Shown: positions 1-11,547 of the stretch, piece by piece
Position numbering within the stretch: the stretch's first letter is position 1
How the letters are laid out: the number at the start of each line of letters is the position of its first letter
Assembly: GCF_032118995.1 (NCBI RefSeq)
Contig: NC_092655.1
Span: 14,589,223 to 14,653,222, forward strand
Origin: Asterias amurensis
Taxonomy: Eukaryota
DNA: 64,000 nt
Direction: 5' to 3'
Made by a program: the position numbers and the translations under genes
Notes under the pieces: generated by a model
What the model saw: only the letters and a program-made list of their open reading frames with translations
What the model was told of the DNA's origin: nothing
Databases searched by the model: none

Positions 1-529
1 ACCGGCTCTTTTCAGAGCCAACACTCACTCAGAAGAGATATTAAACATGGTTGTAATCGCAAGTTTAGTATTAATATTTATAATTACTTCTTATTCTTCA
101 CACCATGCACAGCTTCGAAAAACCATTCATAAATACCTCAGACAGTTTCGCTATTCCTATTGGTGGAGAGCGCGTCACGTGGGTGTGTATAAACCTTTGT
201 TTATGACCGGTAAAAAGTGTTAATTCATGGGCGTGACACGTGACCTTGCACCTGTTCTTATAAGACAGTTTCTTCATTCCTATTGGTTGAGAGCAACGGC
301 TGAAACAGTTGTGCCACATCACGCGATACGCGCATCGCGCACAGCATTCCCTTACAAGGAGTTGTTTACCCGAGGGCGGCAGAGGGCTTTACCATTTCAT
401 AGCTAGAGGGGTGTTGTGTTGAAAGAAATCATTTAACAATTATAATTTTTGCATTTATTTATTTTTCGACCAAAAAGTGATGATGTTTTTGACCGAAAAG
501 ATATGAACTGGAATCACAGTGTGTTGAAT

Positions 530-650
530 CGGTTTTCAACTAGTGGTTTAAACCCGCCGAGGCCTGGTTCTTGATAATTTACCTCGACTTCGTCTCGGTA
601 AAATTATCAAGAACCAGGCCTTGCAGGGATTAAACCACTAGTTGAAAACC
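530..650. repeat. 120 bp hairpin (inverted repeat) just downstream of SFXN exon 5, in the intron
   Basis: ggttttcaactagtggtttaaacccgccgaggcctggttcttgataatttacc...ggtaaaattatcaagaaccaggccttgcagggattaaaccactagttgaaaacc. Confidence 0.7.
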
Positions 651-717
651 ACTTCACCACACATTGATTCCCTTATTAACAAGAAGAAGAATTTTGAAGT
701 AGAAAGCGTAAACTTAC

Positions 718-931
718 CCATGCCTGGAAGGGCCATGCATATTCTGGAGAAGACGACCTGTCCGATGGCGCTGCGGGCAGCTTTTGTCGACTCCCCTAAG
801 CGGTTACCTTCCTCATCGAACACAGTGATCCCGCTCTGTAACTCCTGTTTCCTCATCATTGGGATGTTGATGCAGTTGGCGGCTGCTACGGCAACAAAGG
901 GAACAAAGCGACCAACAATTGCCGGTGCTTT
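718..931 (-). CDS. SFXN: Sideroflexin coding exon 5. The gene continues beyond the window start.
   Basis: Acceptor gttttcttttccag|AAA; donor ATGG|GTAAGT. Encodes [71 protein letters not shown], matching SFXN1 ...[66 protein letters not shown]. Overlaps ORF-track 638..859. Confidence 0.85.
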
Positions 932-989
932 CTGGAAAAGAAAACATCAGAAATGACAACATGGTCAAAATGTTACTCATTTCTTAATA

Positions 990-1410
990 CCTTTAAAGGG
1001 TATATGTACTTTTTCCTAACAAAAAAACACAATGTCCACAGATTTACGTTAAACTTACACAGTTTGAAGATTATAATAGTAGAAAGCTTCCCTTGAAATT
1101 TTACTTACTGAGGTGCTGTAGTTTTTGAGAAATGGGTAAAAGTAATAATTTTCGTCTCAGTTTTAGCATGTAAAAACGTATTAACCAGTTATGCTATGGT
1201 TTTGGTATAATATCATAACTGGTTAAGGGGATGTTAAAATCGTTTTGTTCTCATGAGACGAAAATGATTTTGTGACTTGTTTTACTCATTTCTCAAAAAC
1301 TACACAACCTTAGTTAGTAATATTTGAAGGGAAGCTTTCCACTATCATTATCTTCAAACCAATTAAGTTTAATGTAAATCTGTGGACATTTTGAAAAAGT
1401 ACCCAAATCC
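990..1410. mobile_element. Foldback/palindromic MITE ('FB-C') copy 1, ~420 bp, in SFXN intron
   Basis: Long imperfect palindrome: the left arm (cctttaaagggtat...tgtccacagatttacgttaaacttacacagtttgaagattataatagtagaaagcttccc...) mirrors the right arm. Second copy at 50358-50797. Confidence 0.7.
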
Positions 1411-1411
1411 T

Positions 1412-1604
1412 TTATAGGCACTGGATACATTTGTCAAAGACAAGTATTCTTGGGGTGTTTCCCAAAGTATGCATCAAATAACAACTCTGTGAAAATTTGG
1501 GCTCAATTGGACATCAAAGTTGCAAGATAATATTGCTTGTGAACAAGTAAGTTTTTATGCTAACAATCATTTTCAGTAACCAATAGTGTCCAGTGCCTTT
1601 AAAG
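1412..1604 (+). mobile_element. MITE-A, internally deleted short copy (lacks the central hairpin)
   Basis: Starts aggcactggatacatttgtcaaagaca and ends taaccaatagtgtccagtgcctttaaag. The 5' and 3' TIR regions are directly joined. Confidence 0.7.
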
Positions 1605-1879
1605 TGGAATTTTGTCTTCGTCACATGAGATTCCAATCTCTATCGATTGTTAATTTGGACTTGCTTAGAGTTAGCGTCTCGAGTGCTTATTTTCTCCCAG
1701 AAAATTGCACCAAGTGTGATTCAATCATGGGGTGGCAGTGGGGTTGACACTCCAAAGGAAATTCAAAAATTGGTATGGTAGTTTGAAAAGTGTGCTATGT
1801 ATAGCAGCTTCTTTATTTCGTTGAAATCTGAGCATATTCCATAGAGCTTCTTTAGAAGGATAAAGTGGCTAGGCTTAAA

Positions 1880-2266
1880 GGAACACGTTGCCTTGGATCG
1901 GACGAGTTGGTCTATTAAAAGCGTTTGAAACCGTTTGTTATGAAATGCATATGGTTAGAAAGATGTTTTAAAAGTAGAATATAATGATCCACACAAGTAT
2001 CACTCGAAATTGCGCGGTTTTCCTTTTACAACGCGAACTATTACGGTCGGCCATTTATGGGAGTCAAAATTTTGACTCCCATAAATGGCCGACCGTGTTA
2101 GTCGACCGGGTAAAAGGAAAACCGTGCAATTTCGAGGCATGTTTGTGTGGATCATTGTATTCTACTTTTACAACATCTTTCTACCCATATGCATTTTATA
2201 ATAAACGGTTAAAAACGCTTGTCAAAGACCAACTCGACCGATCCAAGGCAACGTGTTCCTTTAACG
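1880..2266. mobile_element. ~385 bp near-perfect palindromic element ('PAL-D') in an SFXN intron
   Basis: Arms ggaacacgttgccttggatcggacgagttggtc...ggtcggccatttatgggagtcaaaattttgactcccataaatggccgacc...gaccaactcgaccgatccaaggcaacgtgttcc. Partial copies at 3822-4060 and 36395-36545. Confidence 0.7.
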
Positions 2267-2615
2267 AAATTTTGTTTACCAGAATATGGTTACCAGCCAA
2301 ACTACCATGGCACGTGTACAATTTGTGACTGGCATCCTGCTCATTTCAGCTTAGCAGAAAATCATAAAGTAAGGTTTGCGGTAACACAATGTAATGATTA
2401 TCTCTAAATGAGTTGGGGTGGTTCTGAAAAGAGTTATTGATTTCAACTCATTTAGAGATTATCATTAGATGGTGTTACCGCAAAACCTTTCTTTATGGTA
2501 TTTACACAATAGCAGAAAATTGTTGAGCAATATTTTCTGCTAAAGCAACTCTATGAAATTAGGCCCTGTTCAACTCTGTCAGATTCTTGATAAAGCAGTG
2601 GAGACGATGACTTAC

Positions 2616-2691
2616 TTTGACTACGCTGTTCAGACCCACTGCTGTTGTGACTGCACCTGTTGTTGCTAGTACATACGACAATCCCAACTGA
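2616..2691 (-). CDS. SFXN: Sideroflexin coding exon 4
   Basis: Acceptor ttattcaccttgcag|T; donor AAA|GTAAGT. Encodes (N)QLGLSYVLATTGAVTTAVGLNSVVK, matching SFXN1 NELGTAYVSATTGAVATALGLNALTK. Confidence 0.8.
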
Positions 2692-2739
2692 CTGCAAGGT
2701 GAATAAAAATCATCCATTTTTTACAAGAAGAAAATTCTG

Positions 2740-3047
2740 AAAGTTCCATTTCATCACAACCCCAAGGACGGCCACTTCAAAGTAAGGGGTACACGTCACC
2801 AAGGGCTTATTGCCACCAACTCCAGGGGTGAAACAACGTTATCCCCTTCACAGTCCGTTAAGGATGTAGGCGTGGGTATCTTCCACAGGGAGCTTGGCTG
2901 GTAAAGCAGAATGCTCTACCTTTTCAAGATATCTGAAGAAATTATGACTTGGTGCCTTGCTCAAGGGCACAAGTTATCATGACCTGGATTCGAACTCGCA
3001 CTCTGCTGCTGGAGAGCTTTGGTCAGGTGACCTAGACCACTTGGTCA
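2740..3047 (-). mobile_element. tRNA-derived SINE-like fragment in SFXN intron 3
   Basis: The minus strand reads ctgaccaagtggtctaggtcacctgacc...agagtgcgagttcgaatccaggtc (D-loop-like agtggtctagg and T-loop-like gttcgaatc). It does not fold into a canonical cloverleaf. Shares the core ttgc..aagg.cacaagt...ggattcgaac with the 45110/53922 family. Confidence 0.4.
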
Positions 3048-3183
3048 GAATTTGTTTTCAAATGAAACCAACCTCATAGTAACTGAGCTGTGCTTTAATA
3101 AACACCACTCATGAGCTGGGAAGTCAGAAAATGTGACAATGGTAGTATTAACAAGAAGCTACAAACAACTAAATTTGTCTTAC

Positions 3184-3282
3184 TTGACTGATAAAGGCGA
3201 GGCCCCACTTCTGTTTGTGTAGTTAACGATGGCATTAAAAGATTGATTGATCCACTGCCAAAATAATACTGCTGGTGTTGTT
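3184..3282 (-). CDS. SFXN: Sideroflexin coding exon 3
   Basis: Acceptor tttctttttttcttacag|A; donor CAA|GTAAGA. Encodes (R)[32 protein letters not shown](N), matching SFXN1 [34 protein letters not shown]. Confidence 0.85.
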
Positions 3283-3377
3283 CTGTAAGAAAAAAAGAAA
3301 CAAACATCATAGACTTATCATTTGCCGTTTTTATTTTCGGAACCCTTGTACATTGTAAGTTACAAAGTTCTTTGTTT

Positions 3378-3560
3378 GAAGGTACTGAACATGTTTGTCA
3401 AAGACCAGTATTCTCACTTTGTGTATCCCAACAGATGCGTAAAATAACAAACCTATGAAAGTTTGGGCTTAGTTAGTCATCAAAGTTGCAATGAAACAAT
3501 GAAAGAAAAAACTCCCTTGTTGCACGAAGTAGTGTGCGTCTTCCAGATGCCTTAAAAAGG
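3378..3560 (+). mobile_element. MITE-A fragment (5' half)
   Basis: ggtactgaacatgtttgtcaaagaccagtattctcac...ataacaaacctatgaaagtttgggcttagttagtcatcaaagttgcaatga... Confidence 0.6.
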
Positions 3561-4089
3561 TTTCCCACTTTACTGGGGTGATATGTACACAGTTCTATGC
3601 ATAGTTTGGGCCACTATACATGTTCACAACTCGGGCCAATGTATGGTTTCAAAAAGTTGTTCAACTCGCTGGCAAAGTTTACCAACAGGATGGTTACAAG
3701 ACCTGGAAGATCCTAAGCATCCAGTCAGGTTTCATCCTACATTTTCCAAACAAACCATACCAAAGCTCTATTGTTACAGAACCCAACTTCATAAAGCTGT
3801 TTAGCAGAAAATACTGCTTAAACGAACACGTTGCCTTGGACCGGTCGAGTTGGTCTTTGAAAAGCATTTGTAACACTTTGTTATAAAATGCATATGGTTG
3901 GCAAGATGTTTTCAAAGTAGAATACAATGATCTACACAAATTTGCCTCGAAATTGTGTGGTTTTCCGTTTGCTTTGCGAACTAACACGGTCGGCCATTTA
4001 TGGGAGTCAATGGCCGACCGTGTTAGTCGTTGAGGTAAAAGGAACAACATGGCCGTTTAAGAACTCGTCGCTACCTTTTATTCCCTTAT

Positions 4090-4475
4090 TTAAAGACATT
4101 GGAAACCTTTGGTAATTGTCATAGACTAGTATTCTCACTTGGCGTATCTAAACATATGCATAAAATAACAAACCTTTGAAAATTTGAGCTCAATTGGTCG
4201 TCAAAGATGCGAGAGAATAATGAAAGAAAAAACACCCTTGTCACATTAAGTCGTGCGCTTTCTATGCCTTTAATTCGAGACCTCAGCTGAGGTCTCGTAT
4301 TCATTCAAATATTTGAGTGAGAAATTACCTCTTACTCAAAATCTACATTACTTCAGAGGGAGTCATTTCACACAATGTTTTCTACTATCAACAGCTCTCC
4401 ATCGTTTGTTACCAAGTAAGTTTTTATGCCAACAATTGTTTTGAGTAATTACCAATAGTGTCCAGTGCCTTTAAG
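4090..4475 (+). mobile_element. MITE-A full-length copy (~385 bp)
   Basis: ttaaagacattggaaacctttggtaattgtca...central hairpin ttcgagacctcagctgaggtctcg...gagtaattaccaatagtgtccagtgcctttaa. 28 bp TIRs. Confidence 0.8.
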
Positions 4476-4701
4476 GGACAACATTACTTCTGGGACATGG
4501 CTCTAAACACTTCCAGAACATAATACACCGATCCATTAAGCCAGGCCCAATTGTCATTGACCAATCACAACCACGAAATCTGATCACCATTTGAACCGTT
4601 TGGTGATCTTTGCACTAATGGTGATCGGGTTTCGCGGCTGTGATTGGTCAACTGGTAAGGAGGCGGGGCGTAATGGATCGGTCTATTGGATGATAGATTA
4701 C

Positions 4702-4872
4702 CTGTAGAAAGTGAGCATGCAGCCTGTGATGGTCATATTCATTGGTACCTGGGCCGACATCCTCCCTATTAGTGTCATCTTCTCCTTAGTGTCCGGGTGG
4801 AAGGCAGAGTCGTACCTGTACTTTGCCGTCCAGATCTCTGAGTCCGTCACATTAGGCATTTCTTGACCATTT
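4702..4872 (-). CDS. SFXN: Sideroflexin coding exon 2
   Basis: Acceptor ctctctcaccatcgtccag|A; donor TACAG|GTAATC. Phase-continuous with exon 1 (AA+A=K). Encodes [56 protein letters not shown](R), matching SFXN1 ...[46 protein letters not shown]. Not in ORF track because it is shorter than 60 aa between stops. Confidence 0.85.
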
Positions 4873-4924
4873 CTGGACGATGGTGAGAGAGTGGATTGAT
4901 GAAAGGATAGAGACAGAATGGTTT

Positions 4925-5575
4925 GAATTAGTGCTGGGCGAATAGTGAAATTTTGGTATTCGGATACCGCTGGCCAACTATCCGAAATTAACCGGATATT
5001 AGAATAGTTTTTTCGCCGCTAGAGGGCGCTATTAAAAAAATATATATATATTTATTTTTTTGCCGCTAGAGGGCGCTGTTTGTTTGTGAATGAGATCGTT
5101 TGGGCTGATTGACATTAGCTTTAGACAGTGTCACTCGGTTCATTCATAAAAATAACCAGATCTAATTTAAAGATGGCGATTTGCTTTTTCTTTTGATCAT
5201 GATTGACTCTATGTGAAGCAAAACTTTCGTAATTTTTAAACAAATCACGTCAGAAATGTTATTGTTTTAACTCTTCACGGAGGTGAGCACAGTTAATTAC
5301 TTAATTTATGCTGTTTTATGCTGTCTTAATAGAAATTTCATAAGGATTCAGACAAAACATTCCTATCAGTTGTCGCCCGACGTCCGCGGATATTCGGATA
5401 TTAAAAGAATATCCGGTTGCTTGGTTGTAATTACAGATCTATCCGGTTTATAAATAGGTATTGGCGCCCTAGGCGGATATCCGGTTAAGAAAAAAAAGGC
5501 ATTCGCGGTTACCTATAGGAAAACCTATTCGCCATTAACCGGATATTCGAACAATGCGCCCAGGCCTAGTTTGAA
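4925..5575. repeat. Cluster of at least 7 copies of the short motif AACCGGATATT / AATATCCGGTT, plus direct repeats gccgctagagggcgct flanking an (AT)n tract, in SFXN intron 1
   Basis: 4989 aaccggatatt; 5386 cgcggatattcggatattaaaagaatatccggttgc; 5440 atccggtttata; 5470 ggcggatatccggttaag; 5540 aaccggatattcg. Loosely inverted ends ctgggcgaatag (4934) / ctattcgcc...gcgcccaggcc (5522-5570). Confidence 0.4.
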
Positions 5576-5678
5576 TCAATATGGGATTTGAAGCATTGCA
5601 TGGTAAGGTGTTTGCCATAAGTTCATGCGTATATCTACTTGCTGGATAGATATTCTTCTTTTGGGAACTTGTCTTGTT

Positions 5679-6040
5679 TTAAAGGCAAATGGACACGTTT
5701 GGTAACATTGTCAAAGACCAGTTATCTCACATGGTGTACCCCAACATTATATATGCATAAAAAAAAAAAAGCCTATGAAACTTTGGCTAAGTTGGTCATC
5801 CTAGTTGCAAGAAAATAATGAACGAAAAAAACTTGCACAAAGTTGTTTGCTTTAAGGTAGAAATAAAAGGCTTCAGCTGATGTCTTTCAATATTATAGTG
5901 AGAAAATACCTCTTTCTCAAAAACTATGTTACTTCATAGAGAGTCGTTTCTCACACTGTGTTATACGATGCTAATTACAAGTACGTTTTTATGCTATTAT
6001 ATAACTTTGAGTAATTACCTAATGTGGAGAGTGCCTTTGA
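5679..6040 (+). mobile_element. MITE-A diverged copy in SFXN intron 1
   Basis: ttaaaggcaaatggacacgtttggtaacattgtcaaagaccag...gagtaattacctaatgtggagagtgcctttga. Confidence 0.65.
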
Positions 6041-6797
6041 ACTCAACTACCGCGGAATAGATTTTTCGGAATTCAATAGATTTCTCTACTACCTCGGAGT
6101 AAATTTTCCAATTCGTAAAACTCCTAAGTTCTTAGAACCTAATAAACATAACTTTGAATCCACCTTATAATGCATCTCAGTAAGCAGAGCCATGAAATTC
6201 ATCCCCGGGCTGCTTAACAGCCGAATTTGTGCTTACTGTACGCTTAACATTTCATAGCGCTGCCAACCATGTAAGCACACAAACAGTCTCCTGACGATGA
6301 CTAGAGCAAGCTAGTCGCAACGTTGAGACCAATTTCAGAACTGACTCCGCGGCAGTACAGTTAATTTCGATCCTATAAGCTAAAGTAGTAGTCCAGTCTA
6401 ATTTCTATACCATCCGCCCTGGGAATAGTTAAAAGCAGGACAGTTCTTTTCAGAACTGAGAAGTCTCCCGAACCTCCGATTATCTACTCCACGGCAGTAG
6501 GATAAAGCAAGACAGTTCCCTAAGAACAACTCTACCTGGCAAGTAGATACACACATGGTGTTACCGCAAACCAAATAAACATACGAACAAATAGGCATGC
6601 ACAAAAAAGAATGACGCAACAAATCCATGGAGAACGCGCAAAAAGGCCGCCTAATTTTCTTGCTAACCTGTGAAATACGTTTACACCGTAGCAAATTTTT
6701 CTGCTACAGTAAACACAAATTGCTTACCAGAAGCAGCCCTACGAAATTCGGCCCAGGGGCTTTCCTCAAAATTTAACCTCAACTCCTCATCACTTAC

Positions 6798-6997
6798 TTG
6801 TATGCTTGAACCAATGCCTTGGCCTCATCAAGTTGGCTGTTCATTAGGAATGCATTCAGGGGGTTGGTCACTGTGAAGAAATGTTTAGCTCGTCCCAGGT
6901 AGGTGGATTGGTCCCATTTGGGTTCGTTTAGATTCAGTCTCAGCCGAGTTGCACCTGACGCAATCTCAGACTTCAAAGCTTCATTGGAGGCAGCCAT
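6798..6997 (-). CDS. SFXN: Sideroflexin (SFXN1/3-like) first coding exon. ATG at 6997; 5'UTR and TSS further upstream are undefined.
   Basis: Minus-strand translation MAASNEALKSEIASGATRLRLNLNEPKWDQSTYLGRAKHFFTVTNPLNAFLMNSQLDEAKALVQAY(K) matches the sideroflexin N-terminus (EPRWDQSTFIGRA.HFFTVTDP.N...QLE.A). Kozak-like gcgtgATGG. Donor ACAA|GTAAGT at 6797/6798. Corresponds to ORF-track 6794..7000. Confidence 0.85.
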
Positions 6998-7039
6998 CAC
7001 GCCTGGAATGGAATTGATCAGAATAACAATAATTGGTTC

Positions 7040-7135
7040 TTATAATATAGTAGTTGCGATAACATAACCCTCCTCCCAGCCCAGGCCTGGGCAGCTGTCG
7101 GGAGGAGGGTTAGGTTATCGCAACTAATAATATAG
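7040..7135. repeat. 95 bp hairpin element in the putative SFXN promoter region; related partial copy at 8181-8240
   Basis: aatatagtagttgcgataacataaccctcctcccagc...gctgtcgggaggagggttaggttatcgcaactaataatat. Confidence 0.65.
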
Positions 7136-7244
7136 TACTTTAACACTCAGTATCACTCAGTAACAATTCCTGCAAGGTATGTGGAGTCTGGACTTGTTGT
7201 CGACTTTTAGTAGGACCGTATGTGGAGCTTTGTAATGAACAATC

Positions 7245-7610
7245 CTTTAAAGGCAGTGGACACTATTGGTAATTAAACAAAAAAATTATTGCCATAAAAC
7301 CTTACTTGGTAACAAGTTCTTATGGGGAGAGGTTGATGGTATAAAACATTGTGAGAAACTGCTCCCTCTGAAGTGCCATAGTTTTCGAGAAAGTAATTTG
7401 CCACGAATTTGATTTGAAAACCTCAGATTTAGAACTTGAGGTCTTGAAATCAACCTAACGCACACAACTTTGTTTGACAACGGTGTTTTTTTCTTTCATT
7501 ATTATCTCGCAACTTCGACGACCGGTTTGTTATGTTATGCATTATATGTTGAGATACACCAACTGTGAAGGCTAGTCTTTGACAATTACCAATAGTGTCC
7601 ACTGCGTTTA
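7245..7610 (-). mobile_element. MITE-A full-length copy, upstream of the SFXN first exon
   Basis: ctttaaaggcagtggacactattggtaatt...ttgacaattaccaatagtgtccactgcgttta. Internal hairpin aacctcagatttagaacttgaggtc. Confidence 0.8.
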
Positions 7611-8382
7611 GGCAAGAATCACGTAACGGTTTACTTTGTAAGAGTAAGGTGCAATGGTGCAATGTAATGCCGATCAGACCAGGAAAACAGGGGTGAGCGC
7701 CCCTTCTCTTTATGATAAGTGCCCTGGGAAAATCAAATGACTTTTGAGAGTGAACTTTTCAAAATATCTCAACGACAAACTTTGCTCATGAAATAGGATT
7801 GCGTTTGATTATCGAGCGGTGCCCTGTCCTTGTGGCCAACCGCCAAGGATTCGAAAATAATTGGCCCCAGTATTTACGGGCAGCTAGGTTAGCTTAATCA
7901 TGTTAGTCTTATATACTCTAACTCTATCTATCTCATCTCCATCTCCATTGGTTCAGTCAGCAAAATATCCTGCCGGATACATCTACGCTAACTCTAAGCT
8001 CAACAAGATTTGAGAAGCATTTTTACTTCAAGCTCAACAAGTGACTACAAGTTCAACTACCAAACCCTTCTGCTTATGCTGGTACTCAATTGCTCAATCG
8101 ATCGTAGGCCTACACCTACAGTAGGCCTACCAGGTCAATCAATATTCAATGCATTGCAATGCCAATGCTGTATACAAATTAGTTGCGATAATCGTAACCC
8201 TCCTCCCGACGGCCGCCAGGCCGGAGGGTTACGAGTCTCGTTCGAGCGTAAACGGTTGATCTGGTCCAACACGTACAATTTGGACAGCTAGTCACCAGAT
8301 TTGCCCCATTTTTACCACTTTTAAAAATCATGACACAAATTCTGAGGGTACTACCTTAATTCGCAATGTCTAATGCAGCCTG

Positions 8383-8925
8383 CCATAATACTCAAAACAC
8401 CATTGAGGAAATATTTCAAAGAAAAATGGACAAAAACTTCACAGGTTCAAATGTCGAACCTGCGTGGGGCGGAGCTTCGGTTGTATGTGTGGGACGTGTG
8501 GTTCAAAAGGTCGTGGCAGTGCGTGGGGTGCGTTGTGTAGCCCGGCAACTGTGCACATATGTGCGGTCCGAGGCTATTCCCACTTGCGGACTCACATCAC
8601 TACACGGGCGGACGGGATGTTATACTTATCAGCAACAACACAGTACACGTGTATGTACATATACATGGTGTACAGTACTGTGGTGCATATCATGTACATG
8701 TACAGTGCATTGTCCTATTTTATATACGGGCCCTGATGACATGTTTTTTTATTTCCTTTTTTTTTCATCTGTATTTTCATCAATTATTTATTCGTTTGTC
8801 CAGTTCCATTTGTAATCTTTTTGGATTTTATATAGTGTCTTTTTTTATTTAAGAAAGTGTTGTGAATACACCATGAATAGACCGATTGCGATACCAATGT
8901 TTACGTATGATCACGTGACCTACAG
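8383..8925 (+). repeat. Arm 1 of a ~550 bp inverted segmental duplication (partner 13085-13646)
   Basis: Near-identical reverse-complement copies (for example ccatgaatagaccgattgcgataccaatgtttacgtatgatcacgtgacctac against gtaggtcacgtgatcatacgtaaacattggtatcgcaatcggtctgttcatgg). The ORFs called in both arms (8366..8815, 13176..13604, 12998..13453) are the same GT-rich low-complexity sequence read twice. Confidence 0.8.
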
Positions 8926-11547
8926 TACCCAAAGAAAAGGACAGATACACAGCAAAGACACGGGAGGATGGGAAGACTTGTACCAATGGACAAGAAATCG
9001 GCCGTATATAGCTTTGTCTAGCTAAAAACGAAACCCTTTTTGTAAAGTTGAATGTTGTAACATAAATTTAAATCACACTTGCTGTTTTATATTTCCAGTA
9101 TTCTATTAAAAAATAGGTTTCTTTTGAGATTATAAACTACGTAAGCTACTGATGTTTGAGCAAGCTCACGCGCCGTAGATTTTGCGCTGTGCACGGCTGA
9201 ATTTGGGCTGTGCCGTGAGCGAAGTTGTCCGACTCTAGATGAAAGCTATCCCTTCTATAAAAAAAAATGAGGATTAAAATAAAGGGATTGGCAGCTTCTT
9301 CGGGAGAATTTTATTGAAAGTATTGGCAGCAAATTCTTTACAATGAGGGTAACACTTGACACCGTGTGAACATTCTCGTGGAATTTCCTAGTTGGGTGGA
9401 AAAATGTGTTTACCCATTACTGTTCAGCCACCGCGGTAAGGTCGCATGTTACAAAGCCCTGAATATTCTTCAGTGATTTTAAGAAATTACACTTTCTTAC
9501 AGGTCACGTGACGTTGCGCGCAATTGGTCTATATTATTGGTTCACTATTTATAATTTAGGCCTATTTTGTAAAGCGCCTTGAGCACAGGGGACTGTGCGC
9601 GAAATAAGTGTCCTACCAGTATTAATTATCTTCGTTGTACAACTAACAACAAGCGGGCAGAATTATTTTTACACCACGGCCAGGGTTTTGGACAACATCG
9701 CGTATTCTGTTTTGCGACAATAATACATTATACGTAAGGCCGGTCGCACATTCCCTTTGGAAGATTATTTCAAAAACTAAGGAGGGAAGGAAAGCCAGAA
9801 TTCCATCTATTTATTCAACGGTGTTATGCACACATTAATATTATTTTTTTAAAGGATAGTAGGGGCCAAGCTCGATATTAAATTCCAACATATCTGTTTA
9901 TTATAACAACCATGACGTTGGACAATAATAAAATGGCGGCTGAGTATCATGCAGAACTTGAGCTGGGACCACAGAGCTGCTTATATAACAGCTGATTTTG
10001 TGCTGTTATAAATTCCGCAATTTCCGTGCTTAATGCACTTAAGTAAATGACGGAACATAAAAATCCCGGAAAGCGTACGAATGGCCGGCCGCCTGATTTT
10101 CTTGCTAAGGGCTGTGAAACACAATTACACCGAGTACTTGAGCAAATTGTTCTGCTACAACATTAGTAGGGGGTATACTAAAACCCTGATTACAACATAA
10201 ACCCTTGTCACACTACATAGCCAATTCCCTGGAAAATAATTGAATTTGTTAAACCCACCGCCACCCCACCATTGGTTACAGGAGTACTATTGAGGAAAAA
10301 TCCCATCCCTGAGCAGGGTTAATTATTTAACAGGAATAACTTATTTCCAGGGAAATACCTATAGTGTGAAAAGGGCTTAAGTAGCACAACATTAAATTCA
10401 GCCAAGGCTGGCAGCTTGTGGGGTATGTTCAACCAACCATGTTCAACAAGGACTGCACACTTGAACGACCTTTTATTGGTGAACCTTTGATCTATTTCCG
10501 CTCAAAACAACAAAAGGTGGATGAATGGACGATACGTGTATCGCAATTCCCATGTCTGTTGTTAAACCTTTAGAGCAGTCATAATCTCTTAATTGTGGAT
10601 CTTTATAGGGGTCCCCAGTCGCCAAGACATAAAAAGCCAACCTATAAAAAACAACCTGTTACTGAGAAAAGACAGCTTAATAATAAAAGATTATTTACTT
10701 ATCAGATGCATTCGGGGTATGGTCATCCTTTTTACTCATCCTTTTTTTATGAGCCCCCATTTTAAAGGATCCGATCCAGCAAAGTGGGTCTAAATCTATA
10801 GCGAAACGCGGCGATTCTTATCACATGAGTTTTACACGTCAACATGGAAGAACGCTGCATAATTTGTAACTGAAAATTTGGCGTTGAACAAGGCAAAACT
10901 AAGAAAAGATGCTCTTTGAATCGCAATTTTGATTCTAAAATTGACGGAGCGGTGACATTCAGTCAACTCATCGATGAAGTTTTTGGTATTCAGTTTGAGC
11001 AAAAAATGGCAGGAAGATGAGGCCGAAAAAAAAAAAAAACTATATGGTTGCTATGGATGCTTGAATTGTGCTCGGAAGATGTTGGATGTCAAGATTAAAA
11101 GGAAACATCTAATGACGGCGGAGGCGAGGGTCATGAGCTTAAAGAGTGAAACAGGTTAGTTCTCATTATGTAAACATGTTATTTAAGTAATAAATAAACG
11201 AGATAGCTATTATTATACATGCCTGGAGTGTTGTTTAATTCCAGCTTTACAATTATTTAATCAAGATCAAGATATAACTGCATTGCATAAATCTGTATCC
11301 TTCGTTATTATTAAAGAACAAAATAGTTCGAAAATACTTGGCTTTTACAGACCAATATTTTGTATGAAAAAGGGTGCACATGCAACGCCAGTAAGTGAAA
11401 ACAACACATGTATAAGGCCACATGAATGTGTAACCACTTGATCATGTTGGAAAAAAAAATAATTTTTCCTAACATATAGTCAACCGTTTAATTTGTGTAA
11501 AATAGTAATTATTAAATTAATATGCTTTTCAATCACCCTCAAACTGT

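Noticed and set aside
642-956. Plus-strand ORF 642..956 (104 aa)
   Set aside because: It is the antisense reading of the well-supported SFXN exon on the minus strand.
2975-3047. Functional tRNA gene on the minus strand
   Set aside because: It has D-loop-like (agtggtctagg) and T-loop-like (gttcgaatc) motifs, but the stems do not pair into a cloverleaf and there is no acceptor stem. It continues into SINE body sequence, so it is a tRNA-derived SINE head.
8366-8852. ORFs 8366..8815, 8464..8736, 8559..8852 and their mirror images 12998..13453, 13176..13604 as protein-coding genes
   Set aside because: They are the same GT/AC-rich low-complexity sequence (gtacatgtacagtg...) read from the two arms of an inverted duplication. 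The products are Cys/Thr/Val/His-rich with no domain resemblance, and there are overlapping ORFs in several frames.
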